From Balamuthia mandrillaris (lineage: Eukaryota): a stretch of DNA of 55,450 bases. Each line of letters starts with the position of its first letter. Positions within the stretch are counted from its first letter, which is position 1. Shown in pieces: positions 12,556 through 24,894 of the stretch. The notes beneath the pieces were generated by a model. The model searched no databases, was not told the DNA's origin, and saw only the letters and a program-made list of their open reading frames with translations. A program made the translations under genes and the position numbers. The stretch is from the NCBI GenBank assembly GCA_031835245.2, contig JAVKOQ020000095.1:124001-179450 (forward strand), given 5' to 3'.

Positions 12556-13712
12556 AACTGACCCGATGTAGGGCATTGTAACACGGTGCGTGTGTCCATT
12601 GGATATGATGGGAGAGAACTGTGAGGAATGGAGGCCCTATACCTGCGCATTCTACCTTCAATCGCCAACACCGTCATGTGACTACTCCATGTTCAAAGCT
12701 CCACACAACTTGATGTTGGATGGTGACCCCGTTTGTTTTACCTACAAACGAGCAGAGCACCAAACTTTTGAATATCGTATCAATTGCAGCTTTACCAATA
12801 CATCTCAAATGGAGGTGCGCTGTTCTGCTTTATCTCTTTCTATCAGTTGCCTATCGTTTTCTTTCTACTCGCTTCCCTTCTCTTCTCTCTTTCTAACACA
12901 CATAACCTAGGAGAGCATTGCCCATGATGCTGACTTCACTTACTTTGCTCGTCGCGATAATGAGGTTCTATACCCTCTTCTCTACTTCTCTGCTCTCTTT
13001 TCTCCTCTCCTTTTCTTCTCGTTCTCTGGTTCTCCTCTTCGCTTGTGCTTACTTTTTTTTTCAAAAAACAAGTTTGCAGCAAGCCTAGCCAACGGCGTTA
13101 CTCTTAACAACACACAGCACAACGAAACATGGGACTGGGAGGGAAGGCTAAAAGTCTACAACTTGAACATGTTTTCGGACATTAGAGAAGAACACTTGTT
13201 GAAGCTCACTCCCGAGCAATTGACTGGATCAGTCCCTATTTACTTTGATGTGTCGTTTTCGGAGGTGCCCGATGACTTGTTCCATGGCAATCGCCTTTAC
13301 TTTGAAGTCGGTGTGTATCATTGTTTCCTTCTCATTGTTTCGCTTCTTTTTCTTCTTAGGGTAACTAACAATGCATCAATGTACAAGGATTATCGCCACG
13401 TTCTCAAATACCAAATAGAATCTTGCAATATGACCGCCGCTTCATTGACATACAAGACCTCCACATTCACCGAACTTACAAAGAACACTTGTCTCCTATC
13501 ACCGTTGTTTGGATATCCGTTGGGTGTTTAATGTACCTTTTCTTTCTCCTTTATTGCTCATTCTTGCTTCTCTCTTCATCGTTCTCTTCTCTTCTCCCTC
13601 TTACGTTTTCCTCCTACAAAGAGGTGTTGTCGTGGCATCAGGCGTGCTTTATTGGACCATCACCCGCTATCTTCGCTACCGTCAAACCCAACTCGAAAAG
13701 AAAGCAGCCTAA
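10329..13712 (+). CDS. Predicted type I membrane glycoprotein: signal peptide, Cys-rich repeats, EGF-like module, C-terminal TM; multi-exon
   Basis: Hydrophobic N-terminus (LLLLFLPLLLVLLSWLS), EGF-like CENPC...RCVCPLDMMGENC and many NxS/T sites. TM VVWISVG|GVVVASGVLYWTI is followed by a basic tail RYLRYRQTQLEKKAA*. The start could instead be 10296 or 10251. Confidence 0.7.
10915..11710 (+). repeat. ~800-bp intronic (CTTCT)n pentanucleotide satellite with TTTTC/TTCTG variants and CATCG/CGTCG interruptions
   Basis: Directly visible. It lies inside GT-AG intron 10875-11802 and explains the spurious FSSLL/EKRRE ORFs. Confidence 0.95.
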
Positions 13713-14298
13713 CCTCTTTTTTCTTTCTCTCTCTCTCCTCCGCTTCTCCTCTCTTTTGCTGCCGTGCAATCGGTTGTACAGTTTTTCTGTCTTTCCAAAC
13801 CAATCTGTTGCGTCCCTTATTTAATTTTTTTTCCTTCTCTTGGATCTTGTTGAACCACGACAAAACGAACAAAACCAACAAAGAGAGAGAGAGAGAGAGA
13901 GAGATAGCGTGCGAGTCTCTCTCCAAAGACTCAGCCCAGCATAGAAAGATTCCACATTCTTTATTTCACTTTTTTTTTGGACGCCCATCTGATCTCAGTT
14001 TGACCTTTTATGCGGTGTCGACAATTTAATTTTGTCTATTTATGGAAATTTTCCGTGTCGGCAAAAATAAATATCACCTTTTTAAGGAATCAAAGTCACA
14101 GAAAAGAACAGAAAAGAAAAGAAAGAAAAGAAAACGATTTGATTTGATTAGCGGCCAAATCTTTTTGGATTTGTTTTTAAACAAAAAAAAAAGAACCCAT
14201 ACCTCTATCGTTTGGTAGCGGCCTCGGAAAACAACGCCGCCACAGTGGACCGTTAAAGAAAGCAAAAAAACAAAAAAACAAAAAACACAAAAAACACA

Positions 14299-16118
14299 AT
14301 GACGGAACGAGGGAAAGCTGCGCTGAACCGCTACCTGCACAAGCACAGCAGCTGGGTGCTTCCCGTGGCAGCCTGCTCCATGTACACCTTTTGCTCCATG
14401 GCGATGACCCTCACCAACAAGACCCTGCAGAACTCCTTCCTCTTTCCTTACAACGGGCTCATTCTGTTGTACCAGGTTTGATGGATTATTTTTTTTTATT
14501 ATTATTTTTGTCACTTTTTTTTCCCCACATCAGAAAGACTGAAACCCTGTTCCACTTTTCAGAGCGTGGCCACTGTGTTGTTGTTGTATGTGTGCAAACG
14601 GGTCGGATGGATCACGGCGGAGCTCAACTTTAACATAGAGTTTGCAAAGCAATGGCTGCCTTGCAACATACTTTTCGTCTTGGTGTTGGTCACGTCCCAG
14701 TACAGGTTTGTTTTTTCGTTTTCTTGTTCAGCTCGCGTTTGCTCTTCTTCTTGTTCTCCTCCTCCTCCTCCTTCCTCCTCCTCCTCCTCCTCCTCCTCCT
14801 CCCCCCTCCTCCTCCTCCTCCTCCTCCTCCTCCTCCTCCTCCTCCTCCTCCTCCTCCTCCTCCTCCTCCTCCTCCTCCTCCTCCTCCTCCTCCTCCTCCT
14901 CCTCCTCCTCCTCCTCCTCCTCCTCCTTCTCTTCCTCCTTCCTCCTTCCTCCTTCCTCCTTCCTCCTTCCTCTCCTAGCTCTTCTCCTCCTCTCGATCTC
15001 TCTCTCTCCGCTGTCACGTTTCATGCGTTATTCTTTCTAATATGATCCTGTCTTTCTTTCGTGTCTCATTATTGACGTTCTCTCTCTTTGTCTGTTTTTC
15101 CTTCCTTCCTATTTGTATTCATGTTACAGCTTGGCTTTGCTTTCAGTAGCGATGGTCACCATTTTCAAAAACTTCACAACCATATTTATTACGCTTGGAG
15201 ACCGCATTCTCTTCTTTAATCCAATCTCCAAGGGCGTAGCTCTCAGTTTATCAGTAATGGTAATGTCTTCGCTTTCACTTCTCTTTCTCTATATTCTCTT
15301 TCTCTTTATTCACTTTCTCTTTCTCCTTTCTTTTTCTCTTTCTCTATCCTCTTTTTCTTATTTATTTTTGTAACAGTTCATAGGATCGATAGCGGCTGGT
15401 TGGTATGACTTGGGGTATAACGGATGGGGTTACTTTTGGATGGGACTCAACTGTGTTTCTCAAACGTCACAAATAGTACGCCTTTCCTTCCCTTATTTCA
15501 CATTTCCTTTGCTGGAATTTATCTTATCTTTAAACGACCAAACAAAATAAGCTGTATACAAACAGTATAATGCGACATAACAAAATGGATCCGTTTGCCT
15601 CTTCGCTGTACAATAACCTGCTTGCGATTCCTATCCTTATTCCTTACATCATTTGGGGCAGAGAGTTGGAGGTTGCCTTTTCAAGGTACTCTTCTCTTGC
15701 TTCTTTCTCCTTTTCTGCTTTCAGCTTTCTTCTAACCAAAACAAAACTTTGCAGTGAAGCGTGGGACTATGCTTCCTTCTATTGGGTGCTTCTCCTCAAC
15801 GGCATCTGCGGCTTTGGCATCAGCATCTCCATCTTCTGGACCATCCAACAAACCTCCGCCACGACCTACAGCGTCGTCGGCTCCCTCAACAAGATCCCTC
15901 TGACCATCCTCGGCTCCGTCCTCTTCCCAACGCGCTTCACATCGATGGGCAAGCTGAGCATCGCCGTGGGGCTTTGCGGCGGCATCATATATTCGTACGC
16001 AAAGGCAACGGCACGAAGAGGACGATCGCCCTCTGCCAGCAACAACAACAAAGCGAATTCTTCTTCCTCGTCGTCGTCTGCTTCCGTTTCACTCATCGAC
16101 AAGAAAAGTGCTGTTTGA
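14299..16118 (+). CDS. Golgi GDP-sugar (GDP-mannose-type, VRG4/GONST-like) nucleotide-sugar transporter; multi-exon
   Basis: CSMAMTLTNK, LSVAMVTIFKNFT, SLYNNLLAIP and TSATTYSVVGSLNKIP (the GxLNK motif of GDP-sugar transporters), with multiple TM helices. Confidence 0.88.
14756..14972 (+). repeat. Intronic (CCT)n trinucleotide tract
   Basis: Directly visible in the second intron of the transporter gene. It produces false poly-L/S/P/E/R ORFs. Confidence 0.95.
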
Positions 16119-16270
16119 AAGAACGCAAAAGAACTACAAAAAAAAAAATGAAGTATTTTTTTTGCGACTCCTTTAAAGAATAAGAGGAAAAGCACAACAT
16201 GGAGGGGGGAAAAAAGAGGGCTGTAAAAGATTCAAAAACGGTGAAGGGAGGGATTCAAAGCTAATGTCGG

Positions 16271-17362
16271 CTAAGAGGAATACTGAGAAGGCTGAGTGGC
16301 ACCACCAGGCATCTGTCGGCCCTGCTGCTGTTGCTGCTGCATCATGTGGGCCATGGGCTGTTGGTGCATAAACGCAAATTGGCCCTGTCCACCGTAGGCC
16401 TGTGTGGCAAAGGGAGCCTGCGCAGCCGCGTTGTAATAGGAGGAAGTGGCGCGGAGGTCCCCACCAGCAGCCGCATAGTCCAAGTGTTGCTGCTGTTGGA
16501 GATGGTGGTGTTGCTGATGGGCTTTGTAGCTGCCGCTAGCGGTGGATGCTGAGGAAGAGGAGGGGCTGGAGGAGAGGTCAGCATACTGGCTGCCATACTG
16601 GCCGCTCTTTGTCACGGGTTGTTGCTGAGAGGCAGTGGCGGAGTTGCTTTGAGAAGCAGTGGAGGAGGTAGAAGCAGCGGAGGAGGAAGCAGAAGCGAGC
16701 GCACTGGTGTCCATGGTGGGTTGGTAGAAGGAGGCGAGGTGGGGCTGAGGCAAGTACTGCTGCTTGGCATAGTCATCCTCAGTGGAGTAGGAGCTCGGCG
16801 GCGAAACGGTATAACCGCTGGCGGCAGCGGCGGGGTTCATGGGTGGATAGCCGTGCGTGTGGGCCTTAGTGGGAGCATAGGGAGAGGGGTAAGGCGGCAT
16901 CCTTTGGAAGGGGGGGAACTGGGAGGTAGTAGCGGCGGGGTAGCCCGTGTATTGGTTGGGCAGGGCATAAGGGGGATAGTATCCCATCGGAGGGTATTGG
17001 GTGTAGGCCGCCAGTGGGGGCACCTGTTGCTGTTGGTGGAGCGAGGAGGCAGAGGTGGGAGGAGAGGAAGGCGTTTGTTGAGAGCTGCCATCCGCGCCGC
17101 TGCTGCCATACTTGCTAGCAGCGGAGGAAGAGTAAGAGGATTGGTGGGAGGCACCGGTGGGAGCACCGCCGCTACCAGGAGGGGAGCTCTGCAGGGATGA
17201 GAACTTGCCGGAGGAGTCGGGGGAGACGGGGGAGGAAGTGCGGTAGTGGGATGCCTGCTGATACGTTTGTTGCAGCTGCGTCGGGTCATAGAAACCAGGC
17301 TTTATATTCGCACAATAGGCAAAGAAAGAGTTTTGTTAAGTTAGCAACAACGAACTGGGATG

Positions 17363-17398
<36 letters not shown>

Positions 17399-19673
17399 GA
17401 GAGCCAACCCCCAATTGCAACATATGAGCGTCGCTCATGTCAAAGGACTGCATGGCGTGAGGAGGTAGGTAAGAGGTTGGGGCGTAGGCAGGGAAGCCGT
17501 GCATCTTGAGGTGCATGTGAGAGGCACCAGCCGCCAAATCAGAGTCTCTGTCGGCAACTACTTGGGAATCGTATTGCATGGCAGCAGTGGCAGAAGTCGC
17601 GTAATGGCTTCTCTGCTGTGGTTGTTGCTGCTGCAGTTGCTGGTACTGGTGTTGGTACTGGTATTGTTGGGAAGGTTGCTGAAGTGAAGAAGCAGAGGTG
17701 GAGGAAGAAGTGGGTGTTGGTGCTCGTTTCTCAGGTTGAGAGAGTGGTTGTTGAGCAGAGGGACGAGCGGCAGTCGACTGTTGTTGAGAAGAGGCAGATG
17801 ACTGCTGTTGAGATTGTTGGGGAGAGGCGGCAGCGGCTGAGGATGGAGCGGCGGAAGAGGCGTCTGGCTGCTTGCGCGCTTCCTGTTGTTGCTGTTGAGG
17901 AGCGGCGGCCTCTTGCTTTGTGGCTGAAGTTACCGGCTCCGAGTCTTTGCGTAGGCTGGCCACGGGGGAAATATTTCCTTCTTTGTTTTGGGCAGCAGCA
18001 GCCACAGCAGCAGCGGCAGAGGAGGGAGCAGGGGAGGAAGAGGGTTGTGGTCGCGCAATTTGGCTTCGGGTAGCGGTATGAGAGGATGATTCGCTGGAAG
18101 AGGAGGGGTGCTGCATATCAGCAGAGATTCCCAAGTTGCCAAACTGGAAGTGGACCTCTGTCTCCTCCTCTCTATCTCCAAAAATGCCCGCAAAGGTGAT
18201 AGGGGCTTGCGGCAAGGAGCTCATGGGCGAGGTCCGCACGGGGGGTTGCTGTTGTTCGGGCTGTGATTGGCTTTGTTGTTGGGCAGAAACTCCATTGCTA
18301 AGGGGTTGCTGGCCAACAGCAGAGGAGGTGACTGGAGACTGTTTGGCAGCTGGGGCTCCTACAGGTTGTTGGGATGGCATTGTGTTGGCTTGTTGGGTTG
18401 CGGCAGGGGTGGGTTGCTGCTGTGAAATTGGGGTGGTGGCGGCCGTGTCCTTCTGAACGGGCTTCCAGGCTCTCGTGGTGTTGGCGGCTGCATGACTGCC
18501 TCCGCGAGAGGCAGGTCCTCCTTTCAGGTGAGCGGCAGCTTTATTATGCGGTTGCCCCTGCAAAGAAGGTGAAGGGGCTTGGCCGGCAGTCGCGCCTGCT
18601 GTTTGTTGAGTTGGTGATTGTTGAGCCTGGTTTGTGTTTTGCTGTGTGGCCGCCCCTTGCTCCGCTTTCACTCCGTGTTGTTGCTGTGTTTGTGGTGCTG
18701 TTTGTGCTTGTTGCTGGCCAGGAACGGCCTGCTTAATAGCTCCCTGGCCCTGATAAGAAGAATAAAGTGGCTGCTGTTGCTGCACTCCCCCACCAATAGC
18801 ACCGCCTACATTCTGCGCGTTTGCCTGCTGTCCTTGCTTTCCAAAAGGGGAGGCAACCACACCATCACCTGTTGGTGAGTTGGCGCCAGCTTGTCCTTCA
18901 GCTGGACGACCACCCGCCCCAGGAAAACGAGGCCTTTGCCCAGGAGCACCTTTATTTTCATAATAAGATAATTAGTTAAGAAAAGATAAGAGAGAGGGGG
19001 CAAAATAAATGTGAGCCATAAAGAAAGAAAGAAAGAAAGAGGGGGATTGTACCAGCTCCAAATTGGGGTCTGGGATCGCGTCGACGAGAGTCTCCCCTGC
19101 CGTTCTGACCTTCGGAACGATTATGCCTGGGTCCTCCAGGACCACTCCTTTGTCCCCCTCCTGGTCTCTGGTTCTGCTGTGTTTTTTTGTTGTCTGCTGG
19201 AGCGCTCGGTTTGGTATCCTGTTTTCGAGAGAGAGAGAGAGAGAGAGAGAGAAATGATGATGAGCACAGAAAAAAGGGGAAGTAAGGTTTTGAGAGCGGA
19301 CACACCTTTGGCTTTCGACGAGAAGTTACCTCCGTCCACTCCTCTCCCGGTCGACCAGCATCGCCTACACACAAAAAAAGGAATGAGTTCAGCCAGGAAA
19401 TGGCCCTCTCCTTAAACTAGGAGTTGATAGGGAAAAAAAACAAGCAATGACAGTACCCGAAAATATTTTGTCAATAGCAAGCTCAAGGTTGAAGCTGCAT
19501 TCTTGCAAGACTCTGTAGACGTCTTCTTCCGCGGGCCAGCCCGTCACTGCCATGATCTTTTCGATCTTTTGTTTGTTTGCCTCCGAAATGCCTCCTTCCC
19601 TCTTGCGGGAACGAGCGCCGGGCTTCTTCTGTTTGTTGCTGCTGTTTTGGTGCTGCTTGTCTGTGCTTGCCAT
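16271..19673 (-). CDS. UBAP2/Lingerer/GIP1/Def1-like protein: N-terminal UBA/CUE-like domain, Gly/Arg-rich region, Q/P/Y-rich low-complexity tail; multi-exon
   Basis: KIEKIMAVTGWPAEEDVYRVLQECSFNLELAIDKIFS followed by EEWTEVTSRRKPK is the UBA + W-x-x-V-basic signature. An internal VHFQFGNL motif and a long prion-like tail follow. Confidence 0.75.
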
Positions 19674-21092
19674 CTTTTGCGTGTGTATGTTTAGATCTGT
19701 GTGCGTGTTAAAAAAACTGTTCTCTGCAGCGAGAGAAAGCAAAAAAGGTGAGTTCTTCGGAGTCACGACATCCCACACGAAAAAATACACAACAAAACAA
19801 AACAATCGCTCACCGAAAAACAAAAAAAAAAGACAGCGAAACAACAAAGGGGAGGGGAAGAAGTGCGACGGAGAAGTGTCAAAAAGAGAGAGGAGAAGTT
19901 GAGTGTGGATGCAAGTGCCATCCAATGTTCAAAAAAAAAAAAACGGAGAGAAGGAAAAAAAGTGGGGAAAAGTAGCACTCTGTGTACCTTCTTGCGCGAA
20001 CCCTTTCAGAAAAGTATGTACCCTGTTTGTCGAAACGAAAAAAATAACAAAAATATTTGTGAATCAAACCTACATTATTTTTTAAGGGAAAGAAAGCAGA
20101 GAAAGGGAAGGGGGATGAAAGATCCAGTGATTGATTGCAAGTGGGGGAAGAAAAAAAAAACAAAAAAATCCACTCACCTATTTGAAAAATACTTTTTTTT
20201 TCTTTGTCCTAACCGACTTGCTTCGCTCCGCTTTTCTTTTAACGAAAAAAAAAGTTTTAAATCGAAAAAGGACTGGTGTGGTGAGGTGTGGTGTGATTTT
20301 TTTTTTTCGGTGCTCTTCTTCCCTTCTTCGCTCCAAAAAACAAAAACAAATAAGTTCCCTCTGTTTTTTGGCGGCGGATAATTTTTTTTTTTTGCAGAGT
20401 TCCTTTTTGCAGAAAGTGCGGAAACCCGATGTCAATGCATCAAATCCCGATCGTGGTACATCAGTCCCGGTGACGTCACCATTCAGAAGTGAAAAACGCT
20501 CCAAACGCCGCTGGAGATGCGGTGACGTCATTCATTTTCCAGAGAGTTGGGAGAGGGCTTTTGATGTCCGAACGAAACAAGTTCGAAGAAAAATTATTGC
20601 CGACCGAGGCACCGCTGCAGGTTTTGTGCTGTGATCAAGGTGTACTTGTGCAGCAGGGGTGACCCGGCATTTTTGTTTTTGTTTTTTCATTTTTCATTTT
20701 CAAAACAAAAAAAATTGAAAAGAAAAGAAAAGAAGAAAAAAAAAAGGGGTTTTTCTTTGCCTCCGCTGCTGGTTGCTGCTTCTTCGCGGGTGAGACCGAG
20801 ACCCTCCGAATCCCTTTTTTTTTTTTTTTGGAGGCTCGCCCTTTTTTTTTTCGGTTGCTTCTCTTCAACCAAAAAACAAACATTGTAATTTTATATTTTT
20901 GATTCTCTCCCCCCCTCCTTCTGCTTTCTTCTGCTTTCTGCTTCTTTCTTCGATCCAACGGGTTTAAAGAACATCGACCAGGACGGGTTTTAAAAAGCCG
21001 CAGCGGGCGCGGGAGAGGGGGTTCGCCACACACGCACCGAAGGCAGAGGGAGACGGAGAAGGAGAAGGAACCAACACCGCCGCCGCTACCCA

Positions 21093-23939
21093 ATGACTAC
21101 GCGACGGTTTTCAGGCTCGCCTGAGCCTCACTCCTCCACCCTCACCACCTCCACAAAAACGTTACAAGGCCAAACCTCTTCATCTTCTTCCTCCTCCTCT
21201 TCTTCTTCATCTTCACACAGCTCTTCCTCCTCCTCCTCGGTTTCTTCTTCACAATCGCCTTCCTCTTCCTCCTCGCTGCTCTCTTCCTCCGGTTTCTCCG
21301 CCCAGTCCCTCTCCCTCTCCTCCTCCACCTCCTCCGGCATCTTCCTCAACCCCTCCCTCGCCTGCAGCACCAATGCTGCCCCCACCGCTTCTTCCGCCTC
21401 CTCCACCTCCTCCACGGGCAACATCCCCAACCTGGCGGCCCTGTTGGAGGGTCTACCCCCGCTCAAAGCCAAGCTCTTCAAGGAGATCCTCACCATGTTT
21501 GCCCAATGGGACAGCCTGCGAAAGCCAGAGAAGTATGTAGATAAGAAGAAGGTCAAGAAGAAGGTATACAGGGCGCAGCTCAAGGAGTTTGTGGAGAGCA
21601 TGGAGGGGGTGTTGGGGCTGGCGCAGGACCTGCAGCGCAAGTGGCAGATCAAGTGGGCGGAGGTCTTTCACAACCGGCTGGTGGCCTACCGAGAGCTGTT
21701 GGGAGGGGAGCGTTACAAGCATTACCTCTCCCTCCTTCAGACCTACCAGAAGCAATTCTCGGAGCGAGAACGGGAGCGCGAGAGAGAAAGAGAGAAGGAA
21801 CGAGAGAAAGAGCGAGAGAGAGAAAGGGAACGACAAGGGACTAGCAGCGGAGAGCTCAATGCCAGCGGAGGAGGCATCGGAGGAAGCGGAGTGGGAGAGA
21901 AAGGGGAAAGAGGCAGAGCGGGATACCTGGAGGTGGCGCATCAGCTGCTTCAGTTCTTGGAAAGTCACCGCATGGATCCGGATGGAAGCGTGGTGGGCAT
22001 GGTGCCCAGCCACAACGTGCTCGCCAAGTTTTCATACTATTTGGACATGCTGGCGGAGGTCCGCGCCTCCAGCGGCCAGCAGGTGGACGGCGGCAGCACC
22101 ATCCACCATCACCACTCCTCCTCCTCCTCCGGGATGGCCTCCTCAATAGTGCCAGTGGTGGACTTTGAGGCAGAGACCAGCAGGGAGAGCCTTGTGCGAA
22201 AGATCGTGGCGTGGAGCAAGTTCGCGGCCGAGGATGCGGAGAAGGTGGTGGTGGAGGTGCGGAGGATGGCCAGCCTGTTGGAGAGCGTGCCTCACATGGC
22301 AGCCAAGGGTATGCAACCCAAGGAAGGAGAGCTGGTGGTGGCCGTAATAGGCTCTGTACGAAGAGAGGGAGAGGCCTGGCGAGGAGGCGTGCTCTTTGCT
22401 CGCTGCCTGGGCCGGGCCGGTGTTGGTTCAGGAGGCGCGGCAGGAGAGCGCTTCGCCCTGAGCCTCTCTCCCGATGAGAGGGCAACCGAGCTGCTGGATG
22501 CCACCCATATCTTCCCCTTCACTCCCGATATGGTGGACGCCCTTACCCTGCAGGACCCCTTCAAGATGGAACGCCTTGTGGACGACCCCACCACGGACCT
22601 CTCCCGCAAGCTCAACGAGGCCATCAAGAAGAAGACCATGGCCTTCCTGGCCCAGCAGGGCGTGGACATTGACGTCATAGAGAAGAGCCAACGCCTGGAC
22701 GTTGGCATCGCTGACCTGCCCAGCATCAAGAAGACGCGCAACCTGCTGGAGGACCTCATCGCCAAGCACCCCTCTGTAGAGCTATTCTACAAGGAGATAG
22801 ACGCCTTTGGCGCTGATGAGATCAAGGCCTTCATCAGCAACTTGGGTCCCAGGGACATCTTCCTGCCCACCCGAGAGAGGGCCTTGAAGAAGCTGCGTAG
22901 CATTGAATGGTCCTCCCTCCCTCGTATGAGGATCGCTCGTCACCTGCGCTGCTGCGAGGAGGCGCTGGAGCACCTCCAACTGGAGAAGCGGCTGCTGATG
23001 AATGGCACTACCAAGGACCTCACCACGGAGTGGTGGCTCACCCTCATCAAGGACGAATGCGACAAGTTCCTGGTTCGCCGTGGCTTCAACTTTGATGCCA
23101 CCGCTTATGACTACATTGCTGACCCTCCCTCTGACCCTCGCGCCGTGCTGGATAATCTGAAACTCATCAAGGAAATCCTTAACCCCAACGAGGACAAACA
23201 CAACGTGCAGAAGCTCATCAAGAGGCTGAAGGAGCAGATCTATCCCAAGATTGACCTCTTCATCAACAACGCTCAGATCGTGCTGGCGGAGCAGTTCCGC
23301 ATGGACTATGATAACTTTAGCCTGGAGGAGGCGGAGGCCAAGTTCCATAATGAGAAGGACAAGCTAGAGGACGTCTCTCGTAACTGGATTGAGGACATGC
23401 TCAAGGACATCCAGTATCTCAAGGAAATGAAGCGCCTAGAAAAGCCTCAGAACTGTAAAGAAAAGATCCTGGACATCGTGCCTGTTACCGGCCTCATCGT
23501 GGGTCGCTTTTATCGCCTGGAGAACGAACTTAGGACCGTCATCGAGCAGTGGGACGAAATCTTCGAAGAGTTCGAAGCCGCTGAGGCCAAAGCCAAGCAA
23601 GACCAGGAACTGCAGCAACTGCTTCAAACACAATTCCTTGAAACGAACGCTTCTGCCAATTATACCAACTCCAGCACTGCAAGTACTCCTACAAATACTT
23701 CCTCTTCATCACTGCCATTGCCCACATCCAACAACAATCAGTCTTCATCTGCCTCTTCTCCTGCCTCCTCCATCATCGTCTCTGGTACTAATACTAGTTC
23801 TTCTGAAGGCGGCCATCATCACTCCTCCTCGAGTGTGTTGCAAGGCGCCTCCACGCCCTCCTCTTCTTCTCCTTCTTCCTCTTCCGTTGAATCCAGTCCC
23901 CGCACAGAAAAGCGAGAACCCCGAAAAAATAGGTTTGTG

Positions 23940-23979
<40 letters not shown>

Positions 23980-24063
23980 ATCAACAAACAATACAGACTT
24001 TCTGTGGAGATGAAGATAAAGCAAGCAAAGCCGAAAGCTGCAAAACGAACGAATCACTCCTGA
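21093..24063 (+). CDS. ~970-aa orphan, largely helical protein with Ser-rich termini and a possible Tudor-like segment
   Basis: A 2.84-kb uninterrupted exon with strong GC3 bias. One GT-AG intron (~23933-23996) leads to RLSVEMKIKQAKPKAAKRTNHS*. No family recognised. Confidence 0.8.
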
Positions 24064-24224
24064 AAATTGACTTCGTTTTTGTTTTTTTTTTCCTCTCCTC
24101 CTTTCTTACTTACCAGACCCGAACCTACCAGTGCCACCGCCCAAAGTTTTGTCTATGTTTTTTTTCTCTATTGCTATCGCTTAATAAGATAGCTTAACTC
24201 CTACATCTGATCATCACTTTTTTC

Positions 24225-24386
24225 TCTTCTGTTTCTTCTTCTGCTTCTTCATCTTCTTCTTCATCTTGTTCTTGTGCTTGTTCTTCTTCTTCTTCTTCTT
24301 CTTCTTCTTCTTCTTCTTCTCCTCCTCCTCCTCCTCCTCCTCCTCCTCCTCCTGCTTCTCCTGCTTCTCCTGCTTCTCCTGCTTCT
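24225..24386. repeat. Compound intergenic microsatellite (CTT)n(CCT)n(CTCCTGCTT)n
   Basis: Directly visible. Confidence 0.9.
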
Positions 24387-24894
24387 TTGAAGTTCTGGCA
24401 GTTTATGTATTACTTTCCTTCGATGAAATGAAGGCGGAAGGTGCCCAGCCACCGGGCACCCTACATCTGGACAGATTGGGCTGTCCGATTCGTCTCGCTC
24501 TTTTTAACCCCCCCCAAAATCAAGAGAAAATAAAAGAAGAAAATAAAGAGGGGCAGGCGTGTGTGGGGGAAGAAGCTTCTTCATCTGATCTTCACGGTTT
24601 CTACGCGTAGAAGGCTGTTTGTTTTTCTTCTTCTGCTTCAAGGTACCGTTTTGTTTTTTTTTTTTTGATGGTTGTTATTTTAATTTTAAATCCAAACGAT
24701 TGAATGATATTGATGAATATAACTTTTTGTAGTGTCTGTGATTATTATTTTATTTTTTTTTTGCGTCATCACTGCTGCTGGCCACTTACACGATTGTTTG
24801 TTGTCGAAGCAGCCGGAGGGTTAGTTACAACCACGGCTGATCACCGCTTATGCTCCAAGGCATCAGTGAATGGGTCGTTAAGGTTAAGAACAGC

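Noticed and set aside
14559..15045. Poly-Leu/Ser/Pro/Glu/Arg ORFs
   Set aside because: They come from the (CCT)n tract inside a transporter intron.
19748..21093. Lys/Phe-rich ORFs in the divergent intergenic region
   Set aside because: They arise from poly-A/T runs, with no coding bias or motifs.
21128..23633. Long antisense ORFs over GC-rich genes
   Set aside because: They are expected shadows of high-GC3 coding sequence and carry no independent motifs.
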